A program made the position numbers and the translations under genes. A stretch of DNA of 64,000 nucleotides. It comes from Firmicutes bacterium UBA5449. GTDB lineage: Bacteria; Bacillota; SHA-98; UBA4971. The stretch covers positions 162,335 through 226,334 of the forward strand of contig DIQZ01000035.1 in NCBI GenBank assembly GCA_002424305.1. The letters run 5' to 3'. Shown one piece after another: positions 59,468-64,000 of the stretch; positions within the stretch are counted from its first letter, which is position 1, and the number at the start of each line of letters is the position of its first letter. The notes below the pieces were generated by a model. That model searched no databases, had not been told where the DNA came from, and was given only the letters and a program-made list of their open reading frames with translations.

Positions 59468-60479
59468 GATTATCTCTCCTTCCAGAACCACCTGGCGCAA
59501 GGCGACCGGCAATAGCCTCAATGACATTGCCTTCTACAGCAGCTTTAGCAGTTCCAATAGCGTTCTTAATGGCTTTCGCCTTCGATCGTCCATGAGCAAT
59601 AGTGGTGATTCCCCCTACGCCAAGAAGCAACGCACCTCCGTACTCCGAATAGTCCATTTTATTGACAAGGGAGCGTAAGGCAGGACGCATGAGACCTGCT
59701 CCAATCTTTGAGACCAAGCTCTTCCCTATTGAATCCTTTAGCATTCTCATCATACCCTCTCCTACTCCCTCAGCGAGCTTGAGCACAATGTTCCCGGTAA
59801 ACCCGTCTGTAATCACCACATCTACCTGTCCAAGCGGTATATCTTTCGCTTCAATATTCCCCACAAAATTGTAGTCAGTCTTGCTAAGCAACTCATAGGA
59901 GGCAATAGTCAATTCAGTGCCTTTCGTGGGTTCCTCTCCTATACTGAGAAGTCCAAGCTTTGGATTTTCTCTACCCATGACTTGCCTGGCATAAGCGTCA
60001 CCCATGAGAGCAAAGCTTAACATATGGTGAGGTCTACACTCCGAATTTGCCCCACCGTCTATTAATAAGCAATAGCTTTTCGTCGTAGGAAAGACCGTGG
60101 CAATTGCAGGCCGATCTACCCCATTTAGCCTTTTCAGTCTCAGGAGTGCACTTATCATGGTGGCACCTGTGTTGCCGGCAGACACCACTGCATCTGCTTC
60201 GCCCTGGGCCACCAGGTCGCATGCAACCAATATGGAGGATTCACGCATCTTTCTCACCGCATCCACAGGGTGATGCTCATTCATTGGAATGACCTGCCCT
60301 GAATGGACAACAGAAAGACGGAAATCCTGAGTGCCTATTTTGCCTAGCTCGGCTTCAATATCATTTTCATTGCCTACCAAGATTACCTCGACACCAAGTT
60401 CCTGTGCGGCAAGACAGGCCCCTGCCACAGTCTCCTTAGGCGCAAAATCTCCCCCCATTGCATCAAGGGCAATCTTCAC
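59457..60479 (-). CDS. plsX: Phosphate acyltransferase PlsX
   Basis: Probable GTG start (VKIALDAMGGDFAP) after AAGGAGGGG RBS; overlaps fapR stop. Confidence 0.9.
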   Translation of the reverse strand: MKIALDAMGGDFAPKETVAGACLAAQELGVEVILVGNENDIEAELGKIGTQDFRLSVVHSGQVIPMNEHHPVDAVRKMRESSILVACDLVAQGEADAVVSAGNTGATMISALLRLKRLNGVDRPAIATVFPTTKSYCLLIDGGANSECRPHHMLSFALMGDAYARQVMGRENPKLGLLSIGEEPTKGTELTIASYELLSKTDYNFVGNIEAKDIPLGQVDVVITDGFTGNIVLKLAEGVGEGMMRMLKDSIGKSLVSKIGAGLMRPALRSLVNKMDYSEYGGALLLGVGGITTIAHGRSKAKAIKNAIGTAKAAVEGNVIEAIAGRLAPGGSGRRDNLEN

Positions 60480-61074
60480 GTGAAACCCCTCCTTGGGCCT
60501 TCGCGACATCCTCTGTGTCTCTTACAGCAAATACAGTAAACTCTCCTGTGAAAACATCCTCACCTGCTATTTTTGTTGCTACTTTTACTATGTGCCGCCT
60601 ACCGGAATGGCTTACGACTTCTGCTCTTGCCACGAGCCTCTCTCCTGCCCTAATCGGCCTTAGGTATCTGACAGTTGCTGTACCGGTAAGAGCGACTTCG
60701 GCATCTACCAGCGCTACTGCCAATGAGTTTGCCTGAGCAAAGGCATGATGACCCCGAACAATGGCAGTGCGTTGAAATGCCATATCTTTGTCAGTCTCCA
60801 GTACAGATATGCCTTCCTGCCCTAACTCTACGTGGATTAAGTCTCCGATGACTTCACCTGTTTCCACTGATCTTATCTTTTTCTTTGCATCTTCAGCTAA
60901 ACGCCTGGTGCGTTCTCGCGACTCAGGAATTCCCAGCTCAAGCCTATCCAAGCGTACAGTCTGAATGCTGACTCCAAATATGGAGGCAAGCTCCCTGTCT
61001 GTTATGAACGGATCATCTTCTATGACGGTACTGAGTTTCTCGAGCCTGTCTGACTTTCGGAGCCTGTGATTCAC
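60463..61074 (-). CDS. fapR: Fatty acid/phospholipid synthesis transcription factor FapR
   Basis: 203 aa; N-terminal HTH (ITDRELASIFGVSIQTVRLDRLELGI) and hot-dog malonyl-CoA-binding domain (GHHAFAQANSLAVA). Confidence 0.85.
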   Translation of the reverse strand: MNHRLRKSDRLEKLSTVIEDDPFITDRELASIFGVSIQTVRLDRLELGIPESRERTRRLAEDAKKKIRSVETGEVIGDLIHVELGQEGISVLETDKDMAFQRTAIVRGHHAFAQANSLAVALVDAEVALTGTATVRYLRPIRAGERLVARAEVVSHSGRRHIVKVATKIAGEDVFTGEFTVFAVRDTEDVAKAQGGVSREDCP

Positions 61075-61132
61075 ATCTCATCAACTCTCACTACTGAACT
61101 TTATCGGATCAGGATAGGTATTATGACCTAGT

Positions 61133-61149
61133 CTTAATAGCAGATACTA
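61133..61149. promoter_or_regulatory. Candidate FapR operator TTAATAGCAGATACTAA upstream of fapR
   Basis: 13/17 match to recalled B. subtilis FapR box TTAGTACCAGGTACTAA (approximate consensus), about 60 nt upstream of fapR start, consistent with autoregulation. Confidence 0.4.
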
Positions 61150-61216
61150 AGTTAAGTATATATCGGTCCTGCCGCTGTTTGCAAGAGGGAAAGAAGTTAC
61201 AAGGGCAAAATGACAA

Positions 61217-61243
61217 AAGGCCGTGCATGATCGTGCCGGCCTT
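61217..61243 (-). terminator. Intrinsic terminator of rpmF (AAGGCCG-N13-CGGCCTT followed by UUUUGUCAUUUUG on reverse strand)
   Basis: Read directly. Confidence 0.55.
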
Positions 61244-61280
61244 CTTTGAAATAGAAACAAGTTGTACACAAAATTAGGTT

Positions 61281-61478
61281 CTACGCTCTCTGCTTCTTCT
61301 TCTCTTTGACATCTATGACTTGTCGCCCATCATAGTAACCACATTCTGCGCATACTCTGTGCGGTCTCCTCAGAGCATGGCACTTCTCGCACTCGATGAG
61401 TTTTGGCGCCTCAATCTTCCAATTTGCACGACGTTTCCGCGTCCTCGACTTGCCGAACTTCGCTTTAGGATTTGCCAC
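61281..61478 (-). CDS. rpmF: 50S ribosomal protein L32
   Basis: 65 aa; Zn-ribbon CEKC...CAEC. Confidence 0.9.
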   Translation of the reverse strand: MANPKAKFGKSRTRKRRANWKIEAPKLIECEKCHALRRPHRVCAECGYYDGRQVIDVKEKKKQRA

Positions 61479-61497
61479 TTAAATCTCACTCCAGTCA

Positions 61498-62094
61498 CTA
61501 GAACTCGTCTTTATCTTGAGTTAGGTAAAGCTGCGCGATGGGCGCAAGACGGATATCGCCTGTTTCATTCGTACACGCGCATTCACCATCATTTAAGTTC
61601 TTTCCGCAAACAGGGCATAAGCCTCGGCACTTGTCGGAACAGACAAGCTGAATAGGGAGAGACAATGCCAGCTGCGAGTTTACTTCTGTCGAAATATCCA
61701 CAAAATCTCCACTGTATGTTAGGACCTCATCTTGCTCGTAGCCTAACCTTGACGAAGACCCCTGAGAGGCTTTGCAGTATTGCTCCTGAAATTCCGCATC
61801 AACATCAAATGCGAATTTCCTAAGGCATCTGTGGCATTCAGCCTCCAACTTAACCTTGGCATTCCCTTGAACGAGAATGGTGTTGTGTCCGGTACAGGTT
61901 GCCTTGGCGGAAACCCTCACCGGCGCCACCGACCTAAGGGTTGTTCCGGCTATCGCCATCTGACCTGAAGATCCTTCCAATTCCACCTCAATGCTTGCGC
62001 CTTTTGTGTCCCTTATCGTGGATATATCTATTCTCATGAAAGCACTCCCCTGTGAGACATATTGAATTATAAAACAGGGATTCATTTGAGTCAA
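61498..62094 (-). CDS. yceD: YceD/DUF177 family protein (YlbN-like), co-operonic with rpmF
   Basis: 198 aa; C-terminal CxxC...CxxC (CSDKCRGLCPVCGKNLNDGECAC); conserved yceD-rpmF pair. Confidence 0.8.
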   Translation of the reverse strand: MTQMNPCFIIQYVSQGSAFMRIDISTIRDTKGASIEVELEGSSGQMAIAGTTLRSVAPVRVSAKATCTGHNTILVQGNAKVKLEAECHRCLRKFAFDVDAEFQEQYCKASQGSSSRLGYEQDEVLTYSGDFVDISTEVNSQLALSLPIQLVCSDKCRGLCPVCGKNLNDGECACTNETGDIRLAPIAQLYLTQDKDEF

Positions 62095-62101
62095 GAAAAA
62101 T

Positions 62102-62129
62102 GAGTTGCCTCGGACGACACAGGCAACTC
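62102..62129 (-). terminator. Putative intrinsic terminator after cell-wall protein gene (GAGTTGCCT-N10-AGGCAACTC then AUUUUUCUU on reverse strand)
   Basis: Read directly. Confidence 0.45.
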
Positions 62130-62180
62130 AAAAGAATCAGCAAGCAAATTCAGCAGTCTTACCATTATCTACGTGTCAGG

Positions 62181-63053
62181 TTAGCTTCCGGCAGCTTCTC
62201 TCACGCACTTCTGGTGTTCTGCACAAGTCTTTCGGCTACTGTGAATCTTGCTGCCGGCGAAATGCAGACAAAAGTGACCTCCGAAGTTGTTGTTACTAAT
62301 ACTCTGGCCCCCGTGGGGCATCCCATTCATAGAAGCTGCTATTCTTCTTCCCCCTGCCTGGACTATGATAGGCCTCCTATTCCAAGTCCAGCTTCCTCCA
62401 CAGACCCGTTTCATGATTGCCGTGTCTTCTTTTGTGCAAGGCTCAACATCAGCGTGCAGACTGCCTCCTCGTCTCTTTACACGAAACGAAAGGCCTGTCC
62501 TAACATCAATTACAGTAGCTGTGCTACCCACCTTAAAAATGCTCTTTACTGTATCCCAATGGAGCATTGCACAAGCTCCGCGTTGGCCTCTGGATGCAAT
62601 AGCGCCCGGAGTCGGAATCAGCAATTCTTGACCCACCTTGATAACAGCAGGATCAGCAATGTTGTTGACAGCTGCAATCTCAGCAACGGTTATTCCGAGC
62701 CTTCCGGCGAGGTCATAAAGGGTATCCCCTGAACAGACTATGTAGGTCTTCATTCTTGTGTGAGCAACTTCTGTCTCAAGGGTGTTCCAAGTATCATCGC
62801 CTACAACCCCGTCAACTCGCAAGTCATATGCCCTTTGAAAAGCTCTTACCGCACTTAGAGTTTCGTCTCCGAACAGCCCGTCGCTTTCTCCTTCCAGAAA
62901 CCCCAGGCCGATGAGAATATCCTGGAGTTCTTGAACATGTTCACCCTTCATACCTTTCTTAAGGGCACTTTGAGAGCCTGCAACTACAGGAGACCATATA
63001 CAAAGCAAAATCAAAACAAGAGCAATAACCGTCCCGTGCGCTCTGGTCACACA
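62181..63053 (-). CDS. Secreted cell-wall-binding protein: signal peptide, PG_binding_1 domain, LysM domain and C-terminal Cys/His-rich putative hydrolase domain
   Basis: Track ORF 62181..63173 overlaps ylbL-like gene so true start is probably internal (GTG near VTRAHGTVIALVLILL); PG_binding_1 (LQDILIGLGFL...VRAFQRAYDLRVDGVVGDDTW), LysM (YIVCSGDTLYDLAGRLGITVAEIAAVNNI). Confidence 0.6.
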   Translation of the reverse strand, partial: CVTRAHGTVIALVLILLCIWSPVVAGSQSALKKGMKGEHVQELQDILIGLGFLEGESDGLFGDETLSAVRAFQRAYDLRVDGVVGDDTWNTLETEVAHTRMKTYIVCSGDTLYDLAGRLGITVAEIAAVNNIADPAVIKVGQELLIPTPGAIASRGQRGACAMLHWDTVKSIFKVGSTATVIDVRTGLSFRVKRRGGSLHADVEPCTKEDTAIMKRVCGGSWTWNRRPIIVQAGGRRIAASMNGMPHGGQSISNNNFGGHFCLHFAGSKIHSSRKTCAEHQKCVREAAGS

Positions 63054-63114
63054 AACACGCAGCGCCAAAACAAATCGCCCCCCGAAACAACGGTATTCAT
63101 TTCTTTCACTTCTA

Positions 63115-64000
63115 TTATTCTCCAGAGAGTTCGATATTCCTCCTAGCAATATCATCCAGTGCAGTAATGGCATTGTCTATGTTGTCGATCCCTATGATTT
63201 TGATCGTCTTATGGTTCTTTGCGATTTCTGTTACAGACTCTAAGTTCTCCATAGGCACTAGGAAGTATCCGGCGCCCCCGCGTTCAGCAGCAACCAGCTT
63301 CTGTCTAATCCCGGCAATTGGGCCAATAGTGCCGTCAAGTCCGATAGTCCCTGTTCCCGCAATGACTTGGCCCCCGGTGAGATCAGCCGGATCCAACTGG
63401 TTGAGTATTTCCAAGGCAAACATTAGACCTGCAGATGAACCTTTGACATTACGGGAATCAATCTCGATATTTAGAGGGAGATCATATGTCAGGCTGGAGC
63501 TGACGAGAATTCCAACAGCGGCACGAGTTCGATCCTCAGGGTGTGGGCCTGTTCCGACTTGGAGTCTCTTAATTTTTCCTTGCCTCGACACTGTAAGCAA
63601 CACTTCACTCCCGGGAGGTCTTTGGCTGATAACTTTTACTGCCTCATCTGCAGTGACTACTCGTCCGTCATCAACAGCAAGAATGATATCCCCTTGCTTG
63701 AGCATGTCTTTAGCTGGGCTATTAGCCAGGACTGCCTCTATTCTCACAACAGTCTCAACTCTAACGGAAAAACCCATTCTTTCCAGAGCAACAGCTCCTG
63801 CAACCACCTGACTTTCCTGCATCAGACTCTCCATAATACTGATGTACCTTTCAATATCCATCCCCTTGGGAATCTCTTGCGCTCTTTTTACAATATCCAT
63901 ATCCGGCGAAGCCAGCGCCATAATCCATAAAGGGATGCTTGCAGGACTACTTGTCACAGCGGTTAGCAAAAACATTCCCTTGGCATCCTTCTTGCCCGTC
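63115..64000 (-). CDS. PDZ-domain Lon-like (S16) protease, YlbL family; N-terminus probably beyond window end
   Basis: PDZ (GDIILAVDDGRVVTADEAV) followed by Lon proteolytic domain (KGSSAGLMFALEIL ... GTIGPIAGIRQK); ylbL-...-yceD(ylbN)-rpmF synteny as in B. subtilis. Confidence 0.65.
   Translation of the reverse strand, partial: TGKKDAKGMFLLTAVTSSPASIPLWIMALASPDMDIVKRAQEIPKGMDIERYISIMESLMQESQVVAGAVALERMGFSVRVETVVRIEAVLANSPAKDMLKQGDIILAVDDGRVVTADEAVKVISQRPPGSEVLLTVSRQGKIKRLQVGTGPHPEDRTRAAVGILVSSSLTYDLPLNIEIDSRNVKGSSAGLMFALEILNQLDPADLTGGQVIAGTGTIGLDGTIGPIAGIRQKLVAAERGGAGYFLVPMENLESVTEIAKNHKTIKIIGIDNIDNAITALDDIARRNIELSGE

Overview
The window looks like core chromosome from a spore-forming anaerobic Firmicute (class Clostridia; GC near 50 %). 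Almost every gene is on the minus strand. Gene order closely follows the Bacillus subtilis fapR..codY chromosomal region.

Reading the minus strand from high to low coordinates, the window contains:
- a YlbL-like PDZ/Lon protease (partial), a cell-wall-binding protein, yceD and rpmF;
- the fatty-acid/phospholipid cluster fapR-plsX-fabH-fabD-fabG-acpP-fabF;
- rnc, spoVS, a SigH-family sigma factor, smc, ftsY, ffh;
- rpsP, a KH-domain protein, rimM, trmD, rplS, lepB, rbgA, rnhB;
- a 330-bp structured non-coding gap;
- yraN, comM, dprA, topA, trmFO, xerC, hslV, hslU, codY.

A gerA-family spore germinant receptor operon (A, B, C subunits) sits on the plus strand at 27029..31338. It is followed by an unlisted 58-codon membrane ORF.

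After that, back on the minus strand, come rpsB-tsf-pyrH-frr, a 60-aa ferredoxin, uppS-cdsA, an AI-2E-family membrane protein, dxr-rseP-ispG, a GT2 glycosyltransferase, and valS-folC with a T-box leader. The folC reading frame runs straight into an extra P-loop NTPase domain. A SPOR-domain protein follows.

The left 11 kb is a redox/hydrogen module:
- a sensory [FeFe]-hydrogenase (HydS/HfsB-like) signalling operon (two DRTGG proteins, an RsbW-like kinase, the HydS-like protein, a PHP phosphoesterase, a GHKL ATPase, an RseC-like protein);
- a Rex operator;
- a four-gene NAD(P)-linked [FeFe]-hydrogenase operon (HndB/A/C/D, equivalent to HydD/C/B/A);
- rex and nfnAB.

I see no CRISPR array, transposon or prophage. 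The hydrogenase-sensor cluster, the FolC fusion, the small ORF after gerKC, the rnhB-yraN structured gap and the inserted SigH-like paralogue are the items most worth follow-up. Everything else is conserved housekeeping.

My in-line coordinate counting disagrees by 1 nt with the ORF track in places, so boundaries that I derived myself are good to about 1-3 nt.
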